A stretch of DNA of 64,000 nt, from the NCBI GenBank assembly GCA_963845065.1, contig CAWJQQ010000005.1:288001-352000 (forward strand), given 5' to 3'. The position numbers and the translations under genes were made by a program. Below the pieces are notes generated by a model, which saw nothing but the letters and a program-made list of their open reading frames with translations, was not told the origin of the DNA and did not search any database. This document shows, piece after piece, positions 40,514 to 50,507 of the stretch; within the stretch, counting starts at the first letter, position 1, and every line of letters starts with the position of its first letter. This DNA comes from Nitrospirota bacterium (lineage in GTDB: Bacteria > Nitrospirota > UBA9217).

Positions 40514-41095
40514 TTATTTACTGTGGTTGCCGAATAGTTCTTCATCCACCATCTGGCAGATGGCATGACCGAGCGTTATATGGGTTTCCTGAATCCTTGC
40601 CGTGACCTTTGTCGGGACAATGAATGTATAGTCCGCCATAGCGGCCATTTTACCACCTGTTCCGCCGGTCAGGATGATAGTCTTCATGCCATTCTTTTTT
40701 GCCACGTCTATTGCCTTGATCACATTGAGTGAGTTGCCGCTTGTGCTGATGCCCACCACAACGTCACCCTCGTGGCCTAGTGCGGACAATTGCTTGGAAT
40801 ATACCTGTGAAAAATCGTAGTCATTGCTGATGCTCGTAAGCACGGCAGCATCTGTATTCAATGCGATAGCGGGAAGGGGTGGTCGTTCCATGAGAAAACG
40901 GTTCACAAATTCGGCGGCAATATGCGAGGCGTCCATGGCGCTTCCACCATTGCCGAAGAGGATGACTTTCTTTCCTTCGCGGAACGCTTGAGCTATCAGC
41001 TGTACTACGTCGATGATTTTATCGATATTTTCTCTGACGAATTTAACCTTGACCTGGGCGCTCTCATCAAACGCTTTTATGATGGCATCCTTCAT
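40514..41095 (-). CDS. gmhA: D-sedoheptulose 7-phosphate isomerase
   Basis: FGNGGSA, ISTSGNS, ARIQETH. Confidence 0.93.
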   Translation of the reverse strand: MKDAIIKAFDESAQVKVKFVRENIDKIIDVVQLIAQAFREGKKVILFGNGGSAMDASHIAAEFVNRFLMERPPLPAIALNTDAAVLTSISNDYDFSQVYSKQLSALGHEGDVVVGISTSGNSLNVIKAIDVAKKNGMKTIILTGGTGGKMAAMADYTFIVPTKVTARIQETHITLGHAICQMVDEELFGNHSK

Positions 41096-41131
41096 AAGGG
41101 GCTCCCTGGCAGGAACGAAGATCAGACGATT

Positions 41132-41159
41132 ATTATAGGGAATGGCGGAAAAATGTCAA
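41132..41159 (-). promoter_or_regulatory. Sigma70 promoter of gmhA
   Basis: TTGACA-N16-TATAAT. Confidence 0.75.
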
Positions 41160-41300
41160 GGTGAAAAGGCCTTGCGAATGCTTGCAACAATCTTAAGAAA
41201 GTGAAGTCTGTTAAAACAATGAGGACTGTGTCTCACGGCAGAAGAATATGCGGCCATTCTCCGGATGCTGATGAGTAATCAGCTAGCATCTGGATTCTGT

Positions 41301-42098
41301 TCAGAGGTGTAAGAAATCTGCCAGGTGGCCGAATTCCTCGAGCGTGAGTGTCTCCGCCCTTCGGCCAAGATCAATGCCCGTTTTGTCAAAAACCATGCCC
41401 ATCTTCTCTTTTGAGACATTGAGTTGCTTTAAGGAGTTTCTTAGTGTTTTCCTCCGCTGGGAGAACGCAGCCTTGACCACGACCATGAAAAATTCTTCAT
41501 CGTTCACAAGAATAGCTGGTCGGTCGCGAATAAAAAGTGTCATAACTGCCGAGTCGACCTCAGGTCTCGGTGTGAAGGCGCCAGGTGGGACTTTGAACTC
41601 GAACGTCGGGACTGTATACAGCTGTACAAGCACGGAAAGAAACCCACGCTCTTTGCCCCCGGGCGAAGCAGCAATGCGTTCTGCAACCTCCTTTTGGAGC
41701 ATGAGGGTGAGGCTGATGAATTTATCGCGGTGTCCTATGAGCTGTTGAATAATAGGTGTCGAAATATAGTAGGGCAGATTGGCTACGACTTTCCATTTGC
41801 AAGTAAGTGTTTCAAAGGGATACTTGAGCGCGTCGGCTTGGACAACGGTGATATTCGGAAGTGCCTTGAATTCACGTTTTAAATGAGGAATTAGCCGTTC
41901 ATCGAGCTCGAGGGCTAGAACCTCATTAGCTCGCTCTGCAAGCACGTGCGTGAGATGGCCGAGTCCCGGCCCGATCTCAAGTATCTTGTCCTCAGGGCGG
42001 ATCCTGGCAGCATCCGCGATCTTCGTAAGGTAGTGCGGGTTTTTCAGAAAATTTTGCCCCAGGGATTTTTTGGGGCGGATGTAGTCATGTTCAGTCAT
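41301..42098 (-). CDS. rsmA: 16S rRNA m6,2A dimethyltransferase
   Basis: KSLGQNFL, EIGPGLG, ANLPYYIS, FSQRRKTLRN. Confidence 0.96.
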   Translation of the reverse strand: MTEHDYIRPKKSLGQNFLKNPHYLTKIADAARIRPEDKILEIGPGLGHLTHVLAERANEVLALELDERLIPHLKREFKALPNITVVQADALKYPFETLTCKWKVVANLPYYISTPIIQQLIGHRDKFISLTLMLQKEVAERIAASPGGKERGFLSVLVQLYTVPTFEFKVPPGAFTPRPEVDSAVMTLFIRDRPAILVNDEEFFMVVVKAAFSQRRKTLRNSLKQLNVSKEKMGMVFDKTGIDLGRRAETLTLEEFGHLADFLHL

Positions 42099-42102
42099 TC
42101 TG

Positions 42103-42939
42103 CTATACTTGCATTCTCGGATCGAGCTTGTCCCGCAGGAAATCGCCAAGGATGTTGAAGCTGATCACAGTGATACTGATGGCGATACCGGGAAAGATTA
42201 CCATCCATGGGGCGGAATTTATGAATGCCCGGTTTAAACTAATCATTGACCCCCATGTGGGTGTCGGCGGTTGAATCCCGAGTCCAAGAAACGAAAGCGA
42301 TGCTTCGAGCAGGATAAATCCGCCTACGCGTAAACTGCCTGCGACAATGATCAAGGGGAGTGCATTCGGCAGGATGTGTTTGGAAAGAATCCTTGCAGTC
42401 GTCGCGCCGAGCGCACGTGATGCCTCTACATAGGTCTGCTCCTTAAGCGAGAGCGTAATGCCGCGAACAAACCGAGCAAACCCGGCCCATCCCACAAGCG
42501 TAATAGCGAGCATTGCAGAGGTGAGCCCCACCGGCATGACGGCGCTGATGCCGATAGCGAGAATCAGGCTTGGAAAAGCGAGGAAAATGTCAAAAAACTC
42601 CGAAAGAAAAGCGTCAACCTTACCACCGAAGTATCCGGCAATTAATCCGAAAAAAATGCCGATGCAGAGAGATAAACAGGAGGCGAGAATCCCGACGCTG
42701 AGTGAAATTCGGGCGCCATAGACAAGCCGCGCAAGCATGTCCCTACCTTTACTATCCGTACCGAGCAGATGTATTGCGTTTGGTGGTTGTTTCAGGCTTT
42801 CAAGGTCCATCGCAAGAGGGTTAAAGTGCACGAGAAGAGGACCAGCGACAGCAGTGAACACAAGGAGAATAAGCACAATCGACGCGATCAACGCCGGTGT
42901 GTTTTTCATCAGATCCTTAATAAAAAAATCTTTAATCAT
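42103..42939 (-). CDS. Peptide ABC transporter permease (OppC/DppC-like)
   Basis: LGTDSKGRD, HILPN, LSFLGLG. Confidence 0.92.
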   Translation of the reverse strand: MIKDFFIKDLMKNTPALIASIVLILLVFTAVAGPLLVHFNPLAMDLESLKQPPNAIHLLGTDSKGRDMLARLVYGARISLSVGILASCLSLCIGIFFGLIAGYFGGKVDAFLSEFFDIFLAFPSLILAIGISAVMPVGLTSAMLAITLVGWAGFARFVRGITLSLKEQTYVEASRALGATTARILSKHILPNALPLIIVAGSLRVGGFILLEASLSFLGLGIQPPTPTWGSMISLNRAFINSAPWMVIFPGIAISITVISFNILGDFLRDKLDPRMQV

Positions 42940-43025
42940 GAGACCTTATAGTGTACCTACAATTTAAACGTGTATCGTGCCTTAGCGATCTCGAACTGCA
43001 ATCTCCGAACTTTGAACTTTTATGT

Positions 43026-43955
43026 TTAGCTTCTCACTCGCACCCTCGGATCAAGATAATGATAGGAAATATCCACGACCAGGTTCACTGCCACAACGAT
43101 CAAGGCTCCGAAAAGTACTGCTCCCATGATTACTGGGTAGTCGCGTTTTATGATGCCATCCAGGGCGTAGCGGCCGAGACCATCCCAGCCAAAAATGGTT
43201 TCGGTCAGCACCGCCCCGTTTAAATAAGAACCCAGATCCAGGCCTATGAGAGTAACGATGGGGATGAGAGAGTTCTTGAGCGCGTGTTTGATTACAACAG
43301 CGGTTTCCGAAATTCCTTTTGCACGGGCAGCTGCAACATAAGGCTGAGAAAGGGTCTCGAGCATTGACGAACGAGTAACGCGAGCGATGTAGGAAAGAGA
43401 AAATGTTGCTAGCGTCGCTGCCGGAAGAATGACGTAGATAAAGCTGCCGTTACCCATGCCCGACGGCGGGAGCCATCGAAGATAAAAGGAAAACAAGAGC
43501 ATGAGGGCAAGACCGAGCCAGAAGACTGGGACTGAGATGCCTCCGACGGAGACGAGCGTTACGATGCGGTCCAATAATGTACCACGATTCACCGCGGAGA
43601 AAACGCCCATGCTTATGCCTAAAACAGACGCAAAGAACATCGCGGTTAGCGCAAGTTTGACAGTGTTCGGAAATTTCTGGACAAGGTCATCGGAGATTTT
43701 GCGGTTAGTATAAATCGAACGCCCGAACTGACCAGTACAGATACGTTTCAAGTAAATGGCATACTGATATGGAAGCGGTTTATCTAAACCCAATTCAGCT
43801 CGTATCCGGGATATGGTCTCTGGAGTCGCACGCTCACCTACCATACCTACGACCGGGTCGCCAGGAAGGTGCTTCATCAAGATGAAGGTTATCAGGGAGA
43901 TGCCAAGAAGCGTTGGCACGAATAGGATAAGCCGTTTCAGAATATAGAGCGCCAT
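43026..43955 (-). CDS. Peptide ABC transporter permease (OppB/DppB-like)
   Basis: LGLDKP, ARAKG, RDYP, LDPRVR. Confidence 0.92.
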   Translation of the reverse strand: MALYILKRLILFVPTLLGISLITFILMKHLPGDPVVGMVGERATPETISRIRAELGLDKPLPYQYAIYLKRICTGQFGRSIYTNRKISDDLVQKFPNTVKLALTAMFFASVLGISMGVFSAVNRGTLLDRIVTLVSVGGISVPVFWLGLALMLLFSFYLRWLPPSGMGNGSFIYVILPAATLATFSLSYIARVTRSSMLETLSQPYVAAARAKGISETAVVIKHALKNSLIPIVTLIGLDLGSYLNGAVLTETIFGWDGLGRYALDGIIKRDYPVIMGAVLFGALIVVAVNLVVDISYHYLDPRVRVRS

Positions 43956-44037
43956 TGATAAACTAAATCTTACACAATCCTGTCTTAAACCGCAACCGCA
44001 AAAAAAGGTACGAGAGTGCTTTTGGGTTCGGCGACAT

Positions 44038-44703
44038 TTACTGCTTCCTTGACACCGGCACGTAATATTGCGTGCCCTGTTTCATGCTCAGTATCTGCTT
44101 CAGCAGATCGTCGAGGTCTGATCTGCGGTGTACAAAATCGATTTCGGAAGTGTTAATAACTAGGAGTGGAGTATCGCTGTACCGGAAAAAAAAATGGTTA
44201 TATGCTTCGTTGACCGCGGCAACATAGTCGTAGTTGATCTCCTTTTCAAAAGGTCTGGCGCGCAATTTAATGCGGTGCAGCAGTGTGTCTGTGTCAGCCT
44301 GAAGGAAGATCACGAGGTCGGGCTTAACAATTTTTGGTTGGAGGATCTTATAGAACTGTTCGTACAGCGTCAGTTCATGCTCATCAAGGTTAAGGTAGGC
44401 AAAAATCCTGTCCTTATCGAAGAGGTAATCACTGATGGTGATCTTCGTGAACAGATCCGGCTGCGTAATCCCCTGCTGCTGGCTATACCTGCTCAACAGA
44501 AAGAACATCTGCGTCTGGAATCGGTAGCGAGGCGGGTCTTGATAAAAATTCGAAAGGAAAGGATTATCTTCCGCGCGCTCCAGAAGGAGACTCGCATCAA
44601 GTTCATCAGCAATCAGGGTTGTGAGGCTCGTTTTGCCCACGCCGATAGGGCCTTCCGTAACGATGTATCTACTATGCCGAAGAGAGTCCGTTCTTTGGTT
44701 CAT
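44038..44703 (-). CDS. Deoxynucleoside kinase
   Basis: EGPIGVGKTS, DYLFDKDRIFA. Confidence 0.9.
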   Translation of the reverse strand: MNQRTDSLRHSRYIVTEGPIGVGKTSLTTLIADELDASLLLERAEDNPFLSNFYQDPPRYRFQTQMFFLLSRYSQQQGITQPDLFTKITISDYLFDKDRIFAYLNLDEHELTLYEQFYKILQPKIVKPDLVIFLQADTDTLLHRIKLRARPFEKEINYDYVAAVNEAYNHFFFRYSDTPLLVINTSEIDFVHRRSDLDDLLKQILSMKQGTQYYVPVSRKQ

Positions 44704-45200
44704 GTTGGATTGACCGATACGACACAGAGAGATACCCGATGGTTATCACGAATACCATGAAGAAGCTGTGCGATCGTCTTATTGAGGACCGGATGTATAA
44801 TTACGGGTGCGATTTCAGAAAGCGGCACGAGAACGAAGGCCCGTTTTACCATCATGGGGTGAGGTATCGTGAGTTCCGCATCATTGATCACCTGGTCGCC
44901 GTACAATAGAATGTCGAGATCGATCGTGCGTGGTCCCCATCGGACCAGTCTGCTCCGACCGAGCGCATCTTCGATCACGTGGCAGCGCGCTAAAAGCGCG
45001 GTTGGTGAAAGCGGAGTTTCAATTTCTGCCACGGCGTTCACAAAGTCTTCCTGGTTTGTGTAACCAATAGGCTCGGTGCAATAAAAGGAAGATAACTTGA
45101 TCAGACGACCAGCCTTGCCAAGCATTTCGATTGCCCGCCGGCATGTGCCAAGTTTATCACCCATATTTGAGCCCAGCCCGATGTATGCTTTGTTTAACAT
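44700..45200 (-). CDS. folK: 6-hydroxymethyl-7,8-dihydropterin pyrophosphokinase
   Basis: YIGLGSNMG, WGPRTIDLDIL, PHP. Confidence 0.95.
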   Translation of the reverse strand: MLNKAYIGLGSNMGDKLGTCRRAIEMLGKAGRLIKLSSFYCTEPIGYTNQEDFVNAVAEIETPLSPTALLARCHVIEDALGRSRLVRWGPRTIDLDILLYGDQVINDAELTIPHPMMVKRAFVLVPLSEIAPVIIHPVLNKTIAQLLHGIRDNHRVSLCVVSVNPT

Positions 45201-45285
45201 AGATTTCAAGATGCAAGTTGCACGATTCATGATGGCAATACCATCGGTCATGAATCATCGATGGTGCACCGGTGTGAAGTGCTGC

Positions 45286-46530
45286 CTAGAACTCGAATTG
45301 CAGTTCGCTCATTCGTTTTCTGAACACCTCAAGTACTCGTTGTTCGTCTGCCTTGCCTTTGGATTCGAAGGTCGCCGAGAAGCGAATATGTGGCCCGGCG
45401 TCATCCCAGGGCACAGTGCTGATCAATTTTTCAGAGATTAAAAATTCGGAAAACTCTTCAGCGTTTGAAAATGTTCTACCGTTCTTAACGCTCTTTGGCA
45501 TTTTCACGTAGAGATAGAATGTGCCTGCGGGCATTTTTGCGTCAAATCCGATATCGGCAAGCGCCGAAGACATCGCTCTTAGCCTCCGTTCGTACTTGGC
45601 CGAGATCTCATTGGTGATTTCCGGGTGGTCGAGAGCATAGACACCCGCTTTTTGGATGGCCTTGAACTGGCCTGAGTCGCAGTTATCCTTTACGTTTCCG
45701 AAGCCCGCGATCACCTTATTGTTTCCGGCAACAAAGGCGAGTCTCCAGCCAGTCATATTGAACGCCTTCGAAAGAGAATGGATCTCTACACCGACTTCCT
45801 TTGCCCCCGGCACCGAAAGAAACGAGAAGGGTTTGGCGCTGTAGGTAAGTGCTGCATAAGCCGCGTCGTGTACGACGACGACTCTGTTTTCTTTTGCAAA
45901 TCGAACAACCTTTTCAAAGAAGGCATTAGTCGCCCCAGCGCCCGTCGGATTGTTCGGATAATTGATGTAGAGAAGCTTGGTACGTTTTATTATTTCCGGG
46001 GAAAGCGAATCAAGGTCAGGCAGAAAACGGTTTTTCTCATCGAGCGGCAAATTGACCACGTCGCCGCCGTACCAGCGGGTGTGTGTAGCCATAATCGGAT
46101 ATCCCGGAACCGTCATGACCGTTATATCACCGGGATTGATAAATATGGCCGGGAACATGGCCAGCACGGACTTGCTGCCGATCCCGTGAAGAACTTCAGT
46201 ATCCGGATTAATGCCGCCGACACCATATGTTTTTTGCAAATAACGGGCAGCCGCGTCCTTGAACTCTTGGATCCCGTTGTCCGCATAACCGCGGTTTTCC
46301 GGTTTCTCTACTTCCTTTTGGAGTGTCTGCACTATTCCGGGATAGGCCATTTCATCGGGCTCACCCACGCCGAAATCTATGAGTTCTGCACCAGGATGGG
46401 CCGCCAATGCAGCCCGCTTTGCACGTTTGATCTTCTCAAATTTATAAATCTTTTGTTCTTTGCCGAACTTCTTTCCGCCGAGCCGGTCTGCAAAGAGGGA
46501 TTGAATATACGATTCTTTCTCAGTTGTCAC
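45286..46530 (-). CDS. dapL: LL-diaminopimelate aminotransferase
   Basis: Class I aminotransferase (NYPNNPTG, DAAY, SLSKAFNMTGWR) in a lysine cluster with no dapD/dapE in the window. Confidence 0.82.
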   Translation of the reverse strand: MTTEKESYIQSLFADRLGGKKFGKEQKIYKFEKIKRAKRAALAAHPGAELIDFGVGEPDEMAYPGIVQTLQKEVEKPENRGYADNGIQEFKDAAARYLQKTYGVGGINPDTEVLHGIGSKSVLAMFPAIFINPGDITVMTVPGYPIMATHTRWYGGDVVNLPLDEKNRFLPDLDSLSPEIIKRTKLLYINYPNNPTGAGATNAFFEKVVRFAKENRVVVVHDAAYAALTYSAKPFSFLSVPGAKEVGVEIHSLSKAFNMTGWRLAFVAGNNKVIAGFGNVKDNCDSGQFKAIQKAGVYALDHPEITNEISAKYERRLRAMSSALADIGFDAKMPAGTFYLYVKMPKSVKNGRTFSNAEEFSEFLISEKLISTVPWDDAGPHIRFSATFESKGKADEQRVLEVFRKRMSELQFEF

Positions 46531-46580
46531 TAATAATTCCTCCGCAAGTTGATAAAATGAAAAAAATTATTCTAAAAATA

Positions 46581-47336
46581 TTATTGAACAGAATTTAGTA
46601 AACTCCCGATTCCCTCAATCCTTACTTCAATCTCATCGCCATGCATCATTGGACCGACTCCCGCAGGAGTTCCAGTGATGATGAGGTCGCCGGGATTAAG
46701 CGTCATGACATGTGAGATAAAACTCACAACGTGATTGATCGGGAAGATGAACTGCGACGTTCGAGAAGACTGCATACGGTTACCGTTAAGATAAGACTCG
46801 ACACTAAGATTGACAGGGTCAAGGTCGGTTTCTATCCAAGGGCCAAGTGGACAAAAAGTATCAAATGATTTGGCACGCGTCCACTGGCCGTCTAGCTTTT
46901 GCAGATCCCGGGCAGTAACGTCATTTACGCAGGTGTAACCCAGTATGCGACTGACTGCGTCTTCCGGGGAAACGCAATGAGTTGCCTTTTTGATTACTAT
47001 GCCTAGTTCCGCTTCAAAGTCAATTCGACTGCTCATGGCCGGGACTATGATCTTGCCTCCCGGGCCGATTACGCTGGTCGGTGGTTTCAGAAAGATAATT
47101 GGGTTTTCCGGAATCGGAAAACCCAATTCATGGGCGTGGTCAAGAAAATTTAATCCAATAGCCACTATCTTTGAAGGTCTGCATGGTGCCAGAAGGTTTA
47201 CGCAAGTGAGATGATGGGTCGCCTTCCGAATCATTAATGGGTCGAAAAAGTCTCCACCAAGCTCCTGAATTTCACCGCCCACCACGATGCCGCAGGCCTC
47301 TCTGCCCTCAATTTGAAATCGAGCAAGCCGCATCAA
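46581..47336 (-). CDS. Fumarylacetoacetate hydrolase family protein
   Basis: FEAELG, NDVTARDLQ, AKSFDTF, TGTPAGVG. Confidence 0.93.
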   Translation of the reverse strand: MMRLARFQIEGREACGIVVGGEIQELGGDFFDPLMIRKATHHLTCVNLLAPCRPSKIVAIGLNFLDHAHELGFPIPENPIIFLKPPTSVIGPGGKIIVPAMSSRIDFEAELGIVIKKATHCVSPEDAVSRILGYTCVNDVTARDLQKLDGQWTRAKSFDTFCPLGPWIETDLDPVNLSVESYLNGNRMQSSRTSQFIFPINHVVSFISHVMTLNPGDLIITGTPAGVGPMMHGDEIEVRIEGIGSLLNSVQ

Positions 47337-47347
47337 GGCCTCCGGTA

Positions 47348-48127
47348 TTACTGTTTTTTATCGATCCACTCAATCAGTTTCTCTTCCGGAAGATAGCCTG
47401 AGAGCACCGTGCCGTCATCACGCACAAGTGTAGGCGTTCCGACGAAATTGAATGACTTGGCAAGTTCTTTGTTTTTCTCTATCTGATCAGGAGGACACGT
47501 GGGCTCGGGCACTGACTTGCCCGAAAATGCATCGTCAAGCATTTGCGCTGACATCGAGCACTGAATAGCCTGAGCTTTTTTGAAAGCATCCTTATGCATC
47601 GGAAGAGGATTCAGGATGATTTCAAAAGCTATGTCGGTCCGCTTAAGTAAAATCTGTTTAATGATCTTGTGCAGTTCGCGGCAGTAAGGGCAGTCGGGGT
47701 CACTGAATACAATGATCTTCTTTGCAGCACCTTTCGCGCCGAGCACGATTGCATTTTCCAGCGGAATTTTAGAAATATCAACTTTCTTCGGAAGCGCAGG
47801 TGCCTGCTTGCCGAGCGCTTCGACTGGAACGATCTGACCCGCAATGAGAAATTTTTTCGAGAAATCTAGGTACAAGGACCCATGTTTTCCTTGCCCGGCA
47901 TCCACGTCTATCTGCCACACGCCCTTGATCGGAGCCTCCTTGACGTCTGTGACAATGCCGGTGGGAACGACTTTCTTTACAAGGACTTCGGCATCTTTCT
48001 TGTCGAGCTTGTGGCAGTCAAGGCAGTGTTTGTCACCCTTTGTTGGCGGAAAGGCATGAACAGTGACCGCCAAGAATGGTACGATGAGAAGGGCAAGGAC
48101 GATGACAAGGCTAAATGATCTTTTCAT
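47348..48127 (-). CDS. DsbC family disulfide isomerase with N-terminal CxxCH
   Basis: Signal peptide, CLDCH, FSDPDCPYC, GTPT. Confidence 0.88.
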   Translation of the reverse strand: MKRSFSLVIVLALLIVPFLAVTVHAFPPTKGDKHCLDCHKLDKKDAEVLVKKVVPTGIVTDVKEAPIKGVWQIDVDAGQGKHGSLYLDFSKKFLIAGQIVPVEALGKQAPALPKKVDISKIPLENAIVLGAKGAAKKIIVFSDPDCPYCRELHKIIKQILLKRTDIAFEIILNPLPMHKDAFKKAQAIQCSMSAQMLDDAFSGKSVPEPTCPPDQIEKNKELAKSFNFVGTPTLVRDDGTVLSGYLPEEKLIEWIDKKQ

Positions 48128-48657
48128 TTTCGAGTTCCTTTCAAAAAATATTTTAGTTCGTTGCGCATGATGCATTTAAAAAATTCAGAAGCCAACACGG
48201 AGGATGAGAGCGGTAGCTTAAGAGGCGCCCTCTGTGCCAGAGCGTGCTGAGTGAATTTATTGTGGTTAACGATGATTAAACGCAAGTTTTTCGACTCTAC
48301 CAAACTTTCAGTGGTTTATCGTTCCTGGCCAAGAAAGACCCCCACCAAACTACGTTTTGGTCGGGAATGAATTGGTGCTTTGGCTATCTATCGATAACTG
48401 AACACTCGACAACTGGTAATAATTTGCCAAAAAATAGGAATCAGCTCTTTGACAATCAGTATGGTTGGCACCAGTATTTGGGTGGTACCGTAAAACTGAT
48501 TCCGCAACGGCAACTTGACTGATCTGTGATCTGACATGGGTTCTAAGGGGGTATCCTAGAACGATACGTATAAAATGTAAATCACAACCGAGTGGGCGAT
48601 CCCTAATAAGGAACCGCCTTCTTTAAAGCCGCAACTAATATCTGGTTGCGAGAGCAG

Positions 48658-49467
48658 TTACTTCAACCCCAGCACATCCTGCATATCATAGAGACCGGGT
48701 TTCTTGCCCACGACCCATTTCGCGGCCCGTACGGCCCCTGCCGCGAATGTATCGCGGCTATGAGCCCGGTGGGTGATCTCGATTCTCTCGCCCTTACCAG
48801 CGAACATGACGGTGTGATCGCCGACGATGTCCCCCGCACGAAGCGTCTGAATGCCGATCTCCTTTTTTGACCGTTCGCCGATAATACCTTTTCGAGCGTA
48901 GACACCGACTTCATCGAGGTTCCGGTGCACGGCTTGGGCGATTACCTGAGCCATCTTCATGGCAGTGCCCGAAGGCGCATCCTTTTTCATGCGGTGATGT
49001 GCCTCGATGATTTCCATGTCGTAGTCCCGCCCGATCGCTTTGGCGACCTCCTCAAGAATCTTAAAGCAGAGGTTCACACCGATGCTCATGTTCGGGGAGA
49101 GCACGCAGGGGATTTTTTGGAAGTAAATGGAGATCTCTTTGAGCTGTTCCGGAGAAAATCCAGTCGAGCCGATGACGGCCGCCTTACCGAGCTCAGCACA
49201 GGTTCGAATATGCTCGAGGCTTGCCTCCGGCATGGTAAAGTCGATAAGGACATCATTGGCTTTAAGCGCGGCTACGATATCATCAGTCACAAGGGTCAGG
49301 ACGCCGCCTGCCGGGAGCCCAGCCATTGTACGAGCGTCCTGGCCGACCAGCTGATGCCCTTTACGCTCGACGGCCGCAGAAAGGCAGATGCCTTCCGAGG
49401 TTGAAAGGACATTGATGATGCGCGAACCCATCCTGCCGGCTGCGCCAGTCACAACTGCTTTAATCAT
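48658..49467 (-). CDS. dapB: 4-hydroxy-tetrahydrodipicolinate reductase
   Basis: GAAGRMG, EAHHRMKKDAPSGTA. Confidence 0.97.
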   Translation of the reverse strand: MIKAVVTGAAGRMGSRIINVLSTSEGICLSAAVERKGHQLVGQDARTMAGLPAGGVLTLVTDDIVAALKANDVLIDFTMPEASLEHIRTCAELGKAAVIGSTGFSPEQLKEISIYFQKIPCVLSPNMSIGVNLCFKILEEVAKAIGRDYDMEIIEAHHRMKKDAPSGTAMKMAQVIAQAVHRNLDEVGVYARKGIIGERSKKEIGIQTLRAGDIVGDHTVMFAGKGERIEITHRAHSRDTFAAGAVRAAKWVVGKKPGLYDMQDVLGLK

Positions 49468-49487
49468 AATTCACCTCAGGTATTAAG

Positions 49488-49545
49488 CCACGGAGGCATT
49501 CGAGAACACGGAGAAAGAACGAGAATTTCCATGCGTCCTCTGTGG
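49488..49545. repeat. CACGGAG...CTCTGTG palindromic intergenic repeat (second copy at 48196-48236)
   Basis: CCACGGAGG / CCTCTGTGG arms, with an extra internal CACGGAG. Confidence 0.5.
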
Positions 49546-49559
49546 TAAATGGTTCAGCA

Positions 49560-50432
49560 TCATATAAGTCCGTAATCTTTCAAGGCTTTCTTGAGCTTTT
49601 CCTTGTTCAAGTCAGCCATAGGGCACAGCGGCAACCGAAATTCCTCGCCGATCCTGCCCATGAGCGCCAGCGCGGTCTTAACCGGGATAGGATTGGTCTC
49701 GATGAACAGGGGGCTGTGGAGTGGTTCTAGTTTATAATGAATTTTGAGGGCCTCGTTTGTCTTGCCGGCGAAGAACGCATCGAACATGGCAGCACAGTCC
49801 GCAGGCACGATATTGGCTGTCACTGAAATGGCACCGACACCGCCTAGGGCCAAGAGCGGGAACGTTGTAAAATCGTCACCGGAGATAACATTAAAATTTC
49901 GGCCGCAAAGACGGATGATCTCGCTTACCTGCCTCATGTCTCCGGTCGCTTCTTTGATGCCCACGATGTTTTTCTTTTCGCGAAGACGCGCCACCGTCGC
50001 AGGGAGCATATTGACGCTTGTTCTGCCCGGCACATTATACAAGACGATCGGGATGTCGACCGAATCGGCCACGTGCGTAAAATGCCGGTAAAGCCCTTCC
50101 TGCGTCGGCTTGTTATAGTATGGCGTAATAAGCAATACACCGTTTGCGCCTGCCTTTTGCGCGTAACGCGTGAGCTCTAACGTCTCGGATGTTGAGTTAG
50201 AGCCCGCGCCGGCTACAACAGGGACCCGATTGTTAACTGTTTTGACCGTGAACTCAATAACGCGGTGATGTTCCTCATGAGACAGCGTTGCTGATTCGCC
50301 GGTCGTGCCGCAAGGCACAATCACATCAGTGCCGTTCTTTATTTGAAATTCTATAAGATCACCGAGGGCCTTTTCGTCAATCTTCCCGTTCATGAACGGC
50401 GTTACGATCGCAACCATGGAACCTTTAAACAT
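49560..50432 (-). CDS. dapA: 4-hydroxy-tetrahydrodipicolinate synthase
   Basis: GTTGES, YNVPGRT, IKEATG, ETNPIPVK. Confidence 0.97.
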   Translation of the reverse strand: MFKGSMVAIVTPFMNGKIDEKALGDLIEFQIKNGTDVIVPCGTTGESATLSHEEHHRVIEFTVKTVNNRVPVVAGAGSNSTSETLELTRYAQKAGANGVLLITPYYNKPTQEGLYRHFTHVADSVDIPIVLYNVPGRTSVNMLPATVARLREKKNIVGIKEATGDMRQVSEIIRLCGRNFNVISGDDFTTFPLLALGGVGAISVTANIVPADCAAMFDAFFAGKTNEALKIHYKLEPLHSPLFIETNPIPVKTALALMGRIGEEFRLPLCPMADLNKEKLKKALKDYGLI

Positions 50433-50507
50433 TACAACCTCCTTCATCTTAAAAGCAGACCTAAGTCTCGAGACCATAATTTCATGTTTCAATCCCTGAA
50501 CCCGGAG

